Of a DNA stretch of 64,000 nucleotides, positions 44,636 through 60,200 are shown one piece after another; position 1 is the stretch's first letter; each line of letters starts with the position of its first letter. The translations under genes were made by a program, and so were the position numbers. This DNA comes from the human T2T-CHM13v2.0 reference genome, Homo sapiens. The stretch lies in the NCBI RefSeq assembly GCF_009914755.1, contig NC_060926.1; one strand, given 5' to 3'. The notes under the pieces are model-generated. The model was not told where the DNA came from. It saw nothing but the letters and a program-made list of their open reading frames with translations, and did no database searches.

Positions 44636-45086
44636 TATAATAGGTTGAATAGTGTCCCAGAAAAAAAATCATGTCAACCTGGACCCTCAGAATGTAACAT
44701 TATTTGGAAATAATGTCTTCTCAGATGTAATTAGTCAAGGATTGAGATGAGATCATACACAATTAGAGTAGGCTCTAAATCCAATGACCAGTGTCCTCAT
44801 AAGAGGAGAGAATGCAAAGAAGTACATAGAAGGGAGAAATTTATGTGAAAATGAAGGCAGAGAGTATAGTTATGTTGTCACATACCAAGGAATGCTTGGG
44901 GTCATCAAAGAAGATGAACGAGACAAGGAAGGAGTTTCTCCTACTGCCTCTGGAGGGAGTGCAGCCCTGCTGACATCCTGATTTTGCACTTCTAGCCTCC
45001 AGAACTGTGTGAGAGAATATGTTTCTGTTGTTTTTTTGCCACCAAGTTTGTGGTAATTTGTTTTGGCAGCCCTAGGAAACAAATAT
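44636..45086 (+). mobile_element. MLT1C-like solo LTR
   Basis: GGTTGAATAGTGTCCC...CTAAATCCAATGACCAGTGTCCTCATAAG...CTTCTAGCCTCCAGAACTGTGTGAG...GGCAGCCCTAGGAAAC. Confidence 0.9.
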
Positions 45087-48000
45087 AGCAACTAATAACA
45101 ATTTTTCAAATGTTCCACAGTCATAGAAATACAGGAAGAGTCAAAACATGGCTTGTCCCAAATCGCAAAGTGATTCAGTCCGGATATTGATGTGACACTA
45201 AGAACTCTTTACTCCTGGTTCAAGATGCTACCACAAATATCCTTCTCCATCTTTTTAACTTTAATATTAGGATAAACAATTTATAGTTCTATAAAAATAT
45301 AATACTTTTTTATGGAAGTCCCCTTATTAGAAAAACAATAACTACATATTGAGAATGTATAACATTTACCAACTTATATAAGTAGGCTGCTGCTTATATT
45401 TCATAATTTGCAGTCATTACTTCTAATGACAAAAATGCTACAGATGAATTGGGGATGATGTCATAATATGTGCATGTAACTCTATATTAGGTACTTGCTG
45501 TACCTAATATAAAATAGTGTATTCATATTAATATAAGGAAATTTATTGCTTCAGCTTGTGATGCAGATACTTCCCTCACCTAACATAGAGTTATATGCCC
45601 ATATTATGACATATATGTCAAGGTATTTCTTCCTTTAATGAAGTGGAACTTACTAATTTAGGTAATTCAGGATAACCTATGAAGTGGCCTCACTGATAGA
45701 ATTTGTGTTATGTAACACTTTAGAGTTAGTAATCCTGTGACAAAGAATAAATGAAAAGAATGACATAAAGGTAGTCATTGAGTTTTAGAACTGGTCACAA
45801 TCTTAGAATTCATGTAAGCTATTTTCAAACTTCTGAAAATTCTCAATGACATAGAATACATTTTCAAATAAAATCTCATGTAAATACAATTTATTAATTG
45901 GTAAAATATTTAATTCTTCTATGTAAAGAGGGGTTAGTCGTTCATAGCCCCTTTTTTTTCCTAACAAGGAAATAGAGATACGAGGACAGTACATCAATTA
46001 TCAAAGTTAGACAAGTAGTAGAGGCCAAGATAAAACTACTGAGAGCTTTGAGGATTCTGACCTAGAGCTCTATTTAAAAATTACAGTGATCGTGAAAAGA
46101 CCTCTATAATTTACAACCTTGCTTTTGATCTCATTAATTTTATATCTTTTTCTGAAATGTGTCAACATCATCCTATCTGCTGTGCCAAATATCATTAAGA
46201 GTTACTGATGTTTACAAAGAATTACCACAAATCCTTTAATACACTATTTTTGATGTACTGGTGGAATATATTTTATAACTCAGTTACTAGCAACTCACTG
46301 AAGATTTCTGCAATGCCAAATTTACAGTAACCCATTTCTCTTCTCAACTCATATAGTACCTTATCTAAACTTCTCCCATTATAATCTTTTTATAAAAATT
46401 ATAAAATTTTTAGCTATTTATGTGCTTTTCTTTTTTTCTTTTTTTTTGTGCCTTACTGACAGCAGTTTGAGTTCAGAACCTATGATTGATCTGTGATTTA
46501 AGGAAAGCATCTAACAAAGTATCTTTCATATAGCAGGTACAGAACCAACGTGAATGACTAAACTTTGATGTAGTTTGGACATCCTTTCCTCCTTTTACTT
46601 TTTAGACGTTCTTTGAAGATATTTAAGTAAGTTTTTTAGGTTATTCACATGCGCACCTAGTGGAATTAGATGAACATGACCATATACAGATGATCTTGTC
46701 TTACCAAGTGAAATACAGTGTCTGGTAGAGTCTGTTGATGATGGCTATGAACATTGCATGCCCTCAATAAATATTTCCTGAATGATCATTTGTAATAGGT
46801 CCACATCTCAAGCTGAAGAACAATTTGATGTTACCAATGATTTATAGACTTTTACTTTGAACTAGTTCCTGAAATTATCTTGACATTGTGCTTTTTCCTT
46901 TGAACCTTCTTGCTGCCTTGATGTTCTTCCCCTACCAATCTTTTCTCCACACTGATGGCAGATAAATCTTCCTGAAACACTATTTTGTGGCTGTTACTTG
47001 CCTGCTCAGTGTCCTTCAATAATTTCCAACTAACGGCAGCTCTAAGTCATAACTCCTTACTTTGGCACCAGAAACTGTCTATGGTCTGGCTAGACATAGT
47101 CTTAGCTTCAAATACTTTCCTAAATATTTGCTGTATAGTGGTTAACAATCGTACTTTTGTATGAGACAGATTTGTATTTTAATCAATCTGTCATTACCTG
47201 AAGGTGTGACCTTGTTAAATTCATTTGCTATTGTGAGCCTCAGTTTTTTCATCTTGAAAATAAGAATAATGACCACATGGATTTTTATTCCTTCCTTCAG
47301 TAAATATCTATTGAGTGTTTTTTATGTGCTAGTCACTTCTCTAGGTATTGGGATGAGTCAATAAAGAAAGTAGGCAAAATTATTTTGGAGCTTGCATGCT
47401 AGTGGAGGAGATAATAAATATAACAAATAACCTATAGAGTAGGCTAATAAGCAATAAATGCTATGTAAAAAAATAAGTGGATATGGGGCTATTAGGAATG
47501 GAGGAAGAGTTCTGGAGAAGAGGAAGGATGGAAATCAGTCTAAGCATAAATGAGATATTCTTCCTGCCTTGATTTCCAGAAGTCATGGTTACCAGAAGAA
47601 TTAAGATTTTTAGAGATAGACTAATTCAAGCTTCCTATTATTTGTTCTGTCACTAGGTCCCAGGAAATTGGAGTCATGTGTAAGGAAAAGAAAGTTGGTT
47701 TTGACAGTCTCCCTATGTCTTTGTGATGTAAAATAGTCTAGAGGAAGGAAATCTGAATGTTTTTTCTTAAGTGATAAGTGGGAAACTTTCACAATCTTGA
47801 TTAGTGTATTATATGGGTAGCATCATTAGAAAGAATGGAAATTATTTTATACCCATTCCTTTATTTGCATATGACTGTCTTTGTTGTTTTCTTTGTGTTT
47901 GGGTATAAATAAGCAAATTAGGTAGGAAATATTAAAAAGAATTTCAGCAAAGCTTTTATTCTTAATTCAAGGAAATGTATTTTGACATTAATGTTTTTTA

Positions 48001-48529
48001 ACCCTCATTATTAACCCTGTGATGGCATCTCTTGGCCTTCTTATCATGCCTTCAAATGTGTGATTATTCATTCCTAACAATGGTTACATGTCACATTTAC
48101 CTGGAGGATTTGAAAACATGCTTTTTCTTAGATACCATTCACCCCTGCTCCTTTTTTACTGGTGCTTTACCAAATTTCTCAGTTGATTCTAATATGCATC
48201 CTGACCTGAGAACTACTGACTTACATGGTCTGGCACATGCCTCTCTCTCTAACCTTATCACCTCCCATTCTCTTTATCACTTGCCTTTCTCTGCACTCAG
48301 GCCTTCTTTTCATTTGCCCAAATTGCAAGTTATGTTCATATCAGTCCCTTTGCATTTTCTACTCTTAACTACTCAAAATGCTTTTCCACAGAGTCATTCA
48401 TTTAACACTTCAACACATATTTGTTAATTAATCACCTATTCACTCTACCGTGGATGAAACTGAAAAAAAATAACAATTCTTCTTAATTTGGCTGCTTTCT
48501 TCTCATCATTAAATGATTCAATAGAGAGT

Positions 48530-48835
48530 TGTTGGCCAAAAGAACCAAAGTTTCAGTTACACAGGATAAGTGGGGAGATGATGTATAGCTTGGTGGCTAC
48601 AGTTCAGAAAACTGTGTTGCATACTTGAAATTTGCTAAGAGAGTAGGTCTTAAATCTTCTCACAGCACTACACACACAAAAAAACGGTAACTGTAAAGTG
48701 ATGGATATGTTAATTAGTTTAATTGTCATAATGATTTCACAACGTATACCTATAAAAACATCACATTGCACGTCCTAAATATATGCAATTTTTCTTTGTC
48801 ATTTATACTTCAATAAAGCTGGGGGAAAAAGAAAA
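48530..48835 (+). mobile_element. L1MA-type 3' tip
   Basis: AAAGTTTCAGTTA...ACTTGAAATTTGCTAAGAGAGTAG...ATACTTCAATAAAGCTGGGGGAAAAA. Confidence 0.85.
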
Positions 48836-50113
48836 ATAAATAAATATCACATCCCAACATACCTCACCTGACCATTCCAGCTGACATTGCCACTTCAAAA
48901 TTATTTTGTCTTCCTTATTTTATGACAGCTCTTATCTTGTTATATATTTTGATTTTGTCTTACGTATGTATGTGTTATTGTGTTTACAACCTGTAGAGGA
49001 TATGTTCTATAAAAGTGAAAATTTGTATATCTTATTAGCCATTTTATCCTCAGTGCTTAGATTAGCATTGGCTGGAACATAATGGGTACTCAATAATCAA
49101 TCAATTAATTAATTAATCAATCTGCTTTACAATGTAACTAAATGTGGTTTCTGTAGTTCCTAAACTGAGTCTTATCTACCATGAAGATACTGAAGTTTAA
49201 GGTTTAGCACCCATTTTAATCATGAATCATTTTCAATCAATTTTATCTTTGTAAAGCAGTCCTTCAAAATTCACAAATTTCAAGCCTTATAATAAAATCT
49301 GGATGTCTTCTGTTCCTAAATTTTCTTCCAAGCCAATTAGGTATTAGTTTATCAGAATAACATTTGTTTTATTTCAGTTAAAGTAGTAAAATAATTTTGC
49401 TCTAAAGAACAAGCTATATTGGAATCATGGGTTGAGTGAATAAAACATTTGGAACCAATAATAAATGGTTGAGGTAATAGCTCATTTTGGAAAACAAAAG
49501 CCATTCATTTAGCTTTTCTCGTAGAAATAGATTTTTTTGTCAATCGATTATGTTGGGTTACTTATAATAAGTAACATAGTAAATACATTTAATTCCATAT
49601 TACTAAGTGATTAATTCCCACAGCACATTTGATATTTTTAGAAAATTTGCATATTTTTGTAACAATTGGCAAAAAATTAATATGGAAACATGAAAAATTA
49701 TTGATATGGGTATGCATTTAAAATAAACTTGAGCTTAGTTAGGAAATAATAACTGAAATAATTCCATCTACACATTTTTTAAGCACTTGCACTATACCTC
49801 CTCTAATAATAGAGGGCATACTAGTCATAATTGAACTGATAAATCATTTTATCTTTAAGTTATTTTTAATATTGCTTTTGTCAATAAGGGAATATTTTTC
49901 TTTGAGAAAGCAATGAAAGCAAGCTTTGTGCTTGACATAAAATCTAGGTGTAGTAAGCTGTCATTCAAAATCCTTTATAATTTGACTTAAATAAACCTTT
50001 CCATCAACTGCCTCTCAAGGAAAGGGTACTACTGACTTATTCAAAGCATAAATGATTCTTTTATGCCTGTATACTTGCTCATATTATTTTATGTCTAGCA
50101 TTACCATGCTACT

Positions 50114-50482
50114 TGTATTAGTATGTTCTCATGCAGCTAATAAAGACATACCTGAGACTGGACAATTTATAAAGGAAAGAGGTTTAATTGACTCACAGTT
50201 CCTCAAGGCTGGAGAAACCTCAGGAAACTTTAAAGCAGAAAGGGAAGCAAACACATCCTTCTTCACATGGCAGCAGGAAGGGGTGGTGCTCAGCAAAGGG
50301 GGAAGCCCCTTATAAAACCATCAGATCCCGTGAAATCACTAACTCACTATCAGAAGAACAGGATGGGGGAAACCACCACCATGATTCAATTACCTCCACC
50401 TGGTCCCTCCCACGACATGTGGGGATTATGGGAACTACAATTCAAGAAGAGATTTGGGTGGAGACACAGCCAAACCATATCA
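50114..50482 (-). mobile_element. THE1C/D solo LTR
   Basis: TGTATTAGT...AAAGACATACCTGAGACTGG...AAACCATATCA; TSD CTACT/CTATT. Confidence 0.93.
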
Positions 50483-50491
50483 CTATTTGAA

Positions 50492-50640
50492 GTGTAGTTC
50501 TCAAACCAGCATCATCATCATTATCTCAGAGCATTTTAGAGAAATGCAAAATCTCAAGTCCCACTCAAACCCACTTAATTAGAATCTGTATATTAACAAT
50601 ATATCTGAGTTATTCATATGACCATTCAAATTTTAGAATT
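50492..50640. mobile_element. MER5-type DNA transposon
   Basis: GTAGTTCTCAAAC...AGAAATGCAAAATCTCAAGTCCCAC...AGAATCTGTATATTAACAA. Confidence 0.65.
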
Positions 50641-51246
50641 AAGGTCCAAAATGCCCTTTTCATTAACTTTTTAATTTTTGAAATTCTAACTTCTTCTCAA
50701 GACTATACTCATATCCACTACCTATTGAAGTCTTCCTTGAATATTCTAGAGAAATACGATCTTTCAATCCTGGGAATTATTGCATTAAAAAAAACAGTGC
50801 CTTCAATTACAGCTGTTTGTAGATAATCTTCCTCTTTGAGGATGCTATTCATGCCTCAGCTATCACCTAGAAAAATAGATTTAATAGCTTTTCCAAAAAT
50901 GTTGTTTCATTAATTATAGTCATGCTTTCCAAAACATTACAAATGAGGTACTGAATTTAATGCAAGGTAAATTTCTCAGAGATAAGAAGATAGAATATTG
51001 TCTGTTTATTCCCTAAACTGCTGCTTTCATGCTAGGATTGCAGGTCCTCAGGGTCAGAAACTTTCTTTCTACTTCCTGAAAGACTAAGATAGTAGCATAA
51101 GGACAGAAAATTGAAGAGGTTTCCTACATTTTCATTATGACTGAAACCTTGAATCATCATCTCTACTTGCATTCAGCGTGGGTATGAATTTTTGCTTTCC
51201 TCTTTGTTTTGCGTGACCTTTGTCAAGTATCATAGTTTTCTATGTC

Positions 51247-51795
<549 letters not shown>

Positions 51796-52749
51796 ACAAT
51801 AAGGAAAGATAATAACAATACAGTAATATGCTCCTTACGTCATAGGTTTATTACTAGGATTAAATTATGTTACATCTACAGAAAATTTTGCATAGTTCTT
51901 AATATATAAGAAACACTCTGAAAGGTTAATAACAATAGTTATTATTATTATTTGATTATTTTAAATCTAGGTTACTTTTATTGTAGCTATCCAAGAAAAG
52001 CTCACACACAATTTCTTAAAATAAACTATTTAATTTACATTTACTTATAATGAATTACCCCAAATCAATAGTGTTGTACTTTGAGGATGGTTGTTTTTCA
52101 TAAATCTTAGTGATTCAGCTAGCCACACTTATTTAAATAATATGCTGGGTTGCTGAGGGGCACAGGATCAAAAATTAATGTGGCAATAAAGGCTTCCTTG
52201 CTTTTGAACAGATCAATATCTGTAAGTGAACTAGAGGCACTTACAACTAAATATCCAGGAATGAATTAAAAATAGATTCACTGATGCTTGATGGAGTTAA
52301 GGATCTGAGATTATGGTCTTTGAGAAACTTAGTGACCTGAATACATATTCCTCTTCTACCATCCTCCTTTTCTGCAATACTCATCAATTTCAATAGGTAT
52401 TGATATGCCTGGTTGCATAAAAGGACATTGAAGAGTTGAGCTCTTTATTCTAATAGCTTTTAAAATACAAATGCGCATCATAATTATTCTCTAGTAGAAT
52501 CTTTGTATATAACATCATATGCACAAATAAAACATTTATAAGTATGATTATAAACATTCTTCAACCTCATTACAGATCTAAGGAAGCTGACAAAGAGTAA
52601 AGAAGGGCAGATTCAGCATCTACGTGAGGCTGATATGTATGCTTTTTGCCGAGACAAAAAAGATTAAAATGTTTAAGCCTCGTCAAAAGTCTGTGAGAAC
52701 CAAATGAAAGGTAGATTATATTCTTCCTCATATTCCAGATTATTATTTA

Positions 52750-53510
52750 CTAATTCAATGGATAGAGACTGATGGAACACTATTCAGTGCAAGACATTAA
52801 GTTATGTGCTGTGATATGAGAGTAATCCAGAGAGTTCAGCTAATATTAAACTTAAAAGTTAAAGACAGAATTGCATGTTGAATTACAATTGTGATATATA
52901 TGATAGCATGTAAATGGATAATATGATCTCCTTTGTGCCAAGGCCCTAGGCAAGGAGGAATTAACAGTATTTTGGAGACAGGGAGAATGCTAATACTGCT
53001 GGAGCATAGGTGGACCAAGGAGGCTAGTGACATGGTCAAATCATTGTAGACAATATTAAGAGTTTGTTTTTAATTCTAAAAGCAGTGGAGCACCACTGAA
53101 GGATTATAAACAGGGAACCTTAAACACTAAGGTCAGATATGCACTAAAAAGGATTACTAATTGCTATGTGAAAAAATACGTTAGAGAGCATGAAAAGTGG
53201 GTGGGAAGGAAGACCCGTTAGGAGATATTAGAGTAGCTTGGAAATGTACATAATGGTAGCCTAAATAAAGTTAGTGAAAAAGAGAGGGAATAGGAAGAGT
53301 AGACTGAATCAAGAAAGAAAGGTTTAGGAGGAGTAATAGGCATAGTTTGGGATGTTTGTAAATTGTTTATGAGGTGTCGCGTGGGTGATCATGATCTTTG
53401 CTAAGAAGATGAGTTTAGTCTTGGATAGGTTGCACTTGATGTTCCCTTTAGAGATTCATGTAAGAGTTTTGAGTCGGCAATTGGATACATATTTCTGAAT
53501 CTTAGAGAAC
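52750..53510 (-). mobile_element. L2 fragment
   Basis: TGTGCCAAGGCCCTAGGCAAGGAGG...GGAGCACCACTGAAGGATTATAAACAGGG...AGTTTAGTCTTGGATAGGTTG. Confidence 0.7.
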
Positions 53511-54063
53511 TAAGGGGCAACTTTAAAAATTGAAAATTCTTATTTTAAGACAGATGAATGGAAAAACTTCTCTACTCATATAAACCTTTTAAATTTGTCT
53601 TCTCATGTTTATTGACATGTGAGTATGAAATAGAGGTAGGCTTCCAAATAATTTAGTCATGCAGTGGTTTGCAAGCTTTGTTTCTTAAAGCCGTAAGGTA
53701 TCGTGAAGGTGGCTCAGAATACCTCGTATATTGAGGAGATACCTGTGTATAGGAAGCCAGGCTCTTCCTTTTCAACTAAAGGAGCTTTACTTTTATGTAA
53801 GTTGCAATCTCAAATGATATTTTATTCATTTAAAAAATTTTAAAATATCTTTATTCACGAATGGAAACTGTCTGCTACATTATTAAATAGTGAGGTATCT
53901 CAGTTCACACCCTAATATTTGAGAATGAAGCCATGAAAGGCAACTATCATAATTATCTCCAAAATTATTTCTTTAAAGACTAAATACTAGATTGGAGCTA
54001 CTGCTTATTTGGTCTCATGCAAAATTGTGTTCATCCTTGTGATATTTTAGAAATATAGTTTTT

Positions 54064-54509
54064 TTATTATACTTTAAGTTCTAGGGTATATATATATGCA
54101 CAATGTGCAGGTTTGTTACATATGTATACATGTGCCATGTTGGTGTGCTGCACCCATTAACTCGTCATTTACGTTAGGTATATCTCCTGATGCTATCCCT
54201 CCCCACTCTGCCCACCCCATAACAGGCCCTGGTGTGTGATGTTCCCCTTCCTGTGTCCAGATGTTCTCATTGTTCAATTCCCACCTATGAGTGAGAACAT
54301 GCGGTGTTTGGTTTTTTTGTTCTTGCGATAGTTTACTGAGAATGATGGTTTCCAGCTTCATCCATGTCCCTACAAAGGACATGAACTCATCCTTTTTTAT
54401 GGCTGCATAGTATTCCCTGATGTATATATGCCACATTTTCTTAATCCAGTCTATCATTGATGGACATTCGGGTTGTTTCCAAGTCTTTGCTATTGTGAAT
54501 AGTGCTGCG
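54064..54509 (-). mobile_element. Young primate L1 (L1PA3-5-like), 5'-truncated, about 450 bp
   Basis: TTATTATACTTTAAGTTCTAGGGTA... 3' end; ORF2 C-terminus (IAALFTIAKTWKQPECPSMIDWIKKMWHIY); TSD ATATAGTTT at 54053 and 54510. Confidence 0.95.
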
Positions 54510-57500
54510 ATATAGTTTCTAGAAACTATAGGCAAAAGTTGCTTAAATTCACAGTTTAACACTTTGAATTTTGCTTTGTCACCTGAGACCAGCAATTCAT
54601 TGAGCCAGGTTATCTCCTTTGGCTTTCAGAATTTTTTCTAGCTCATGGTATACAGATCTGTTGTCTATATCCAACAGTCCTCTCTCAGACATAGAATAGC
54701 CTGATATGTATATTTTTCTTGCTAGTTATTTTTTTCTCCATTATTATTATTAATTTACTATATATATTATCATGTCTATTACTATAATGTCAGTTGTGGC
54801 ATTAGTGAGTAGTCTTGTCCTTTTTCTTGCTATGAAGGGCAAATAATTACCACACAAAGAATGCCCCTCTGCTAGAAACTGAAAGGTAATTTCAGCTTTC
54901 TGATGCTCTTTCAAACTGACACTCAACTGTAACAAATGTGTGCTAGGAGAAATTAACATTTTTTCTCTCATATTTCACTATAATCCACAAGAACAAACAC
55001 AGTACCAACATTTATCATTTTAGTTAAGTGAAATGCTAGGAATCAAAGTGACAGGCTCTGAGAGAAGTTATACTGTGGAATAAAACTTTATGATCCATTT
55101 GCAAGGACGGAAATGTACTTGGCTCATCTTAGTAAGTAAATAATGCTAAATGTATTTAAATATTGATCTGTTTTCAGTGGAAGGGTGAAATGAATTTCAA
55201 AATATAGAGGCTATAAATGTATACAAAGCATTTTCTACTGTACTACCAATATTGTGCTATGTCACTTTACGAATCTGTGAGTAAGTTGCTGAAAACTGCA
55301 AATTTTGTTATAAGTTGTAGTAGTCATCTATCACCAAGTTTGTATGTTGAAGTCAATGTACCTAAGGGAAAATAGTGACAGAGACAGATTAGTTTCTGCA
55401 TAGCATCTGTCAGTGTAGATAGCTCTCACCATTTTATAGGTGAGAAGCTTAACTATCTTTAACAGGTAATATAGGGTCTATTCTAAGATCCACTGTCTGT
55501 TTCCTTTAACAAGCACCGTGATGAGGCTGTAACTTCTACCTTGATGTTTGGAGACATGTTCAATAATCTTGAGCAAACATAATACTTCATTTTTATTTTT
55601 CAAAAGATTTACAAATTATCAAATAAATTTAATTTTATACAAAAATAATCCCAAATGACAGACATATTTAATCTGTCTGGGGAAAAAAAAGAATATGCAA
55701 TAGGAAGTTTTGGTATTTTCTCTGCCGTGGTGCTGAGGATATTTAAGTTACCGGGTATATTTAAGGTGCTGAGAATTTTTGTTAGAATTTGAAGAGAAAA
55801 ACACAGAAGGACTAAATTTTCTTAATGTATTGAAACAAGAACTATTTTTATCTGGAGATAAATTAGACAATAATAACAATTTTATAAAGTTAATTTATCA
55901 GAAAACTAAAAAGCGATATTGAAATAAGTCTATTCTGTTTATAAACTAATTCTGTCTTGCATAGAGTGAAATTTGATGTGAACAGCAAGTAGCAAAATTT
56001 GCTGTAGTTTCTTCAATGTTTGCTGAATTTTTGAGTAAATATGAATGTTATTTTAATCTTTATGAATTCTAGGCTGAGATAGAATTTTCAAAGAAATCTG
56101 ATGCAGGGTCTTATAGTAGCTTAGAAAATATAATTACTTACGGTATGAAAATATTATCAATTCATTCAATTTTTTTATTTTAAAAAACGTATCTCAATAG
56201 TTTCTACCTAAAAGTTGTGATAAATGGTAATTAATATTGATATTTATTTATAAACTCTTTAAGTATTAGAAACCACAACTTAGATTTTGCATTTAAAATA
56301 ATGTAATTTAATTCTCTTCCACCTCTTCTCTTCCTTTAATTTTTGGGTTGGTTGGAGTTATCTGGTAAAGTGAATCTATGACATACACTGAAACGTTAAA
56401 TGGATGGTTTTATGTTTGCAGTAATGAAAGATTTAAGCTTTAAGTATTCTCTCAAACTCTGATTTCCAAAAATGAAAAATTAAAATGAGATTCCATTTGC
56501 ATAATAAAGTAGTGACAAAGAATTTGAGTGTAATTTATTTCATTGCAACCCTTTATGTCCTTGGCATTCTATCTCATTACATAAACATGCTGTTTAACAT
56601 GTGGCAGTGTGTATTGGTCTAAATGGTATGAACATATTTCATTCTGTGCCCTTTGTATTGTGCCATACTGGCATTTTCAATAAAGGTATCACTTACCTTC
56701 TTCCTTCTGGAGAAAATACTGTGCTTCTTCCTAAAGGAAAGCAAAGATAATGTGAGAACAAGACAGGTAAATGTTTAATGGTATCACAGAACTGCAATAA
56801 ATTTTGCTCGTTAGCTTAAGGAAAGATCTATCATATTTTATTATACCTGTCATCTTTAATTTTAAAGTCTCTTTCTATAATAAAATTCTTCTTAAGTGAA
56901 ATCCATTCAGTGCTTTTTTTTTATTTATAGAAGCTACAACTTTAGAAGTTTAATGAAATACCCAATTCTTAAACTACATTGTCATCATGGAGGTTGTACA
57001 ATAATATAATCTGTTTTTGAGTTCTTGTGTCTTAACATTTATTTGGAATTTGAAATGAAAAAATCATAGGTTGGGTTTATTGCAGGCTTAAATTATTTTT
57101 ATAATTGACTAGATTATTGGCAATAGTTAACATCTTCAACACAGTCATTATGTGTGCAATCTTGTACTTGTATTTGAAAGTGTATTTAGGGGCTATATAG
57201 TAAAGGATACTAGCTCCAGAAGACTGTAGTATACTAAAGGTATCCAGAGAAGTTAACATTCAAATACATCCTAACAGTGAAATTTGGAGAGACCAGGTTT
57301 CTATCACTTTTAATATTATTTAAATATTATTGGAATTATATAAATTATTTTTTATTTTTATGTTAGATCAACCATCTTTTAAGCCAGATTGTGAGTTATC
57401 CATTTGGTTATTTTTTCCTTTAATCAATTTTATTGAAGTGTAATTTACAAACAATCATATTCACCAATTTTAAGTGTGCATTATGATGTGTTTTGACAAA

Positions 57501-59559
57501 TGTATACAGTTATATAAGCAACATGATGCCCTCCTCTCACCCCAAGTCCAGGAATTTACTGATCTATTTTTAATAATTATAGCTTATTGTTCTACATATT
57601 CCTGATGCTTCTCTTTACTATTTGTTTTATATTTCCTCTCTTTTTTTTCATTTTGGATAGTTTTCAACACTATCAGGTTCACTGATCTTATCTTCTGCAG
57701 TATTAAATCTGCTGTGAATTGTATCCAGTTCTTTACTTCTATTGTATTTTTCATCTCTACAAGGAGTTCTGTGATAAAATATGCATAATTTTTCGAATGA
57801 CTAGGGGGTCAAATCCTGTTGCTGATGTTTTCATTTGAGGAAGTTCCTTAATTATTCAGTGCCTTGCAATCTTTTATCTGAAAAATGGGAAAACAGTTCC
57901 ATCTGTGTTGTAAGATCAACTACAACTATCTATATGTAACACTTAAAAGTAAAAAGTAAACTTTCTGTAAGTACCAACTATTATTTTTATTATCAGTTAG
58001 TATTTATGACTTATTAAATGCCCATTCTTAGAAAAACTAAATATGCCTATTATTTGTAATTCTCAGCTAAGCGCATCACGTTCCTAAGAAAAAGACCCTT
58101 ACATCCTACTTAACTCCTCTTCCCTCCAAAATGTAAATGTCCATTTCTCCTGAAGTCCATTTGGCTGCATCCTGCCCAGACTCTTATCTTCACTGTAATA
58201 CATAGAACATACCTTTTCTATTGTTATTGAGTTGTGTCAAGAATTTCCTTCCTGTTCAGTTGTATTCCTCTTGTATATCAAGCTTTCCATTCTACTTTGA
58301 TAATTTACATATGGATTCCTTTTCATAGGACTGTGAGTGACTGGAGAGAATGGATTTTCATATCATTTGTTCTATTTTCAGCACCAAACTCAGTACCCGG
58401 CATAATAGTTACCTCATTCTGAAAGACAAAATAAATAAATAAATAATTATAGGAAAACAAACACATTATGACAGTTTTAGTGGACTCCATCAGCTTAATA
58501 CATTAATGGGCTTGCTTCTTACCTGTCTTGGCCAGCTGTGAAAATGAAGAGCTGACCCCAACCACTGCTTGACATCACATGAAAACATGTCCTGACTGAA
58601 GGTCTCCCAGAAGAGTTCCAGGCCTATTTGCCTGATGAATTTTCCTGTTTCATTATTTATTAAAATGCTATTCAGTAGGAAGCTGAATTTGATGATAGTT
58701 TGCAATGTTGCATTTTTATTGGAAATCTTTGGCTGTATTTAGTTTCCTTGGTGTAAGTTGTTACGTGATCTCAGCATAATTGTTCAGGTCAGAGCACTTT
58801 TGTCCTTTTGTGGTAGTTCTGAAACTGGCCCTTGGCCAGATTTATAAGTGTATCTACAAGAAGTATGAAATTGCTAGATAGTATTATCAGTGATGAGGTA
58901 CGGAAATATCGGGCATGAGACTATCTGACTCTGGCAGTAAAAAGACTGTAACTCTGTGACTTTGCCTCCTTTTCAAATCAGTACCTCATATTTACTTTAT
59001 ATGCTAAAGAGCTGGCTTCAAACCGTCAAATGGTACATGCATTAACATGGAGAAGGTTTATTTTGGAAGAATCTCATGTAGAAAAGGCAACACTTTCTTT
59101 TAAAATTTTGACTTCTAAATCAGAGGAAAAATGTGTCATACTCAAAAATATATATCCCTCATTTAAAACAAAAGAGAAAGACAGGTATTGTTCTAAATGA
59201 GATATTCCTGGGTAAGTCAGATATCACACAGTAATCAATAAGTGCTAGGATTACAACAGTATACTTGGTCATATAATACACATCCGCAATATTGATACTG
59301 GGATTTGATAGTTATGCTTTTGAAAATCACTACCTGGAGTCATGATTTTGGCAGCAGTTTCTCAATTCGAATTTATGGACTTCACAATTGTAAAGTTGCT
59401 TTGAGTAGTTATTTTTTAATCCCCTGCCCTCAAATCCTTTTAGCCCAAGTTTATCCCAATCACCGTGACAAGATTTTCATGTCACAATAGAAGACTCTTT
59501 TCTGTACTAGTGCTTTAACTAGCAAAACAGCCTTTGTTTGTTGAAAGCCTCTGAAAGGG

Positions 59560-60200
59560 CTCAGAATGCCTACGGAAATGAGTCATATTGGGTGTAACAA
59601 AGTGGATGAAGGGGAGAATTATAAGAGAGAACTATGAAAAGCTGGGCAAAAGGCTGCTCGTGCAGGATCTTCTATGTCCTGGTAAAACTTGTATTTCATC
59701 TGAAGTACAGTGGGAAGCCACTAAAAAATATTAACGATAGAGGAAGGGAATGAGAAGAAATAATATAATCAGATACACATTTTAAAATTTTTCCTTCTGG
59801 ATGTTGTTTGGCAGTTAGTTTGGAGGGAAATAAGAGAAGCGTAAGAGCCAGTAAACAGGGTATCACAGTAGTCCAAAGAGAAGAGAGGAAGGTGGTTTGA
59901 ACTTAGGAGCAAGGGATTCGAATGCCTAGAGTTGATATCCATTTATACACACAATAATATGTCTTGGTATTAGATTGGATCTAAAGGATAAAGGAGTAGG
60001 AAGAATCAGGATGAGAGCCGGATCTCTGGCCTAAGCAAATGTTTAAATGCTGATTTCATTTAAATAAAATCGGGCAAGTCTGTGGGTAGAAGAATTGGCT
60101 GGGAGTAAAAAGAGATAGGGTTCTTGTGAAACTCAAGTTCGTTGTTGTCTGTTGGATTTGAGAGCCTCATAATTCATCTAGGTGGTTAAATTCTAGTCTG
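59560..60200 (-). mobile_element. L2 fragment
   Basis: CAGTGGGAAGCCACT...CACAGTAGTCCAAAGAG...GGTGGTTTGAACTTAGG. Confidence 0.65.

Noticed and set aside
54116-54595. 159-aa ORF
   Set aside because: L1 ORF2 C-terminus and 3'UTR fused to flanking sequence.
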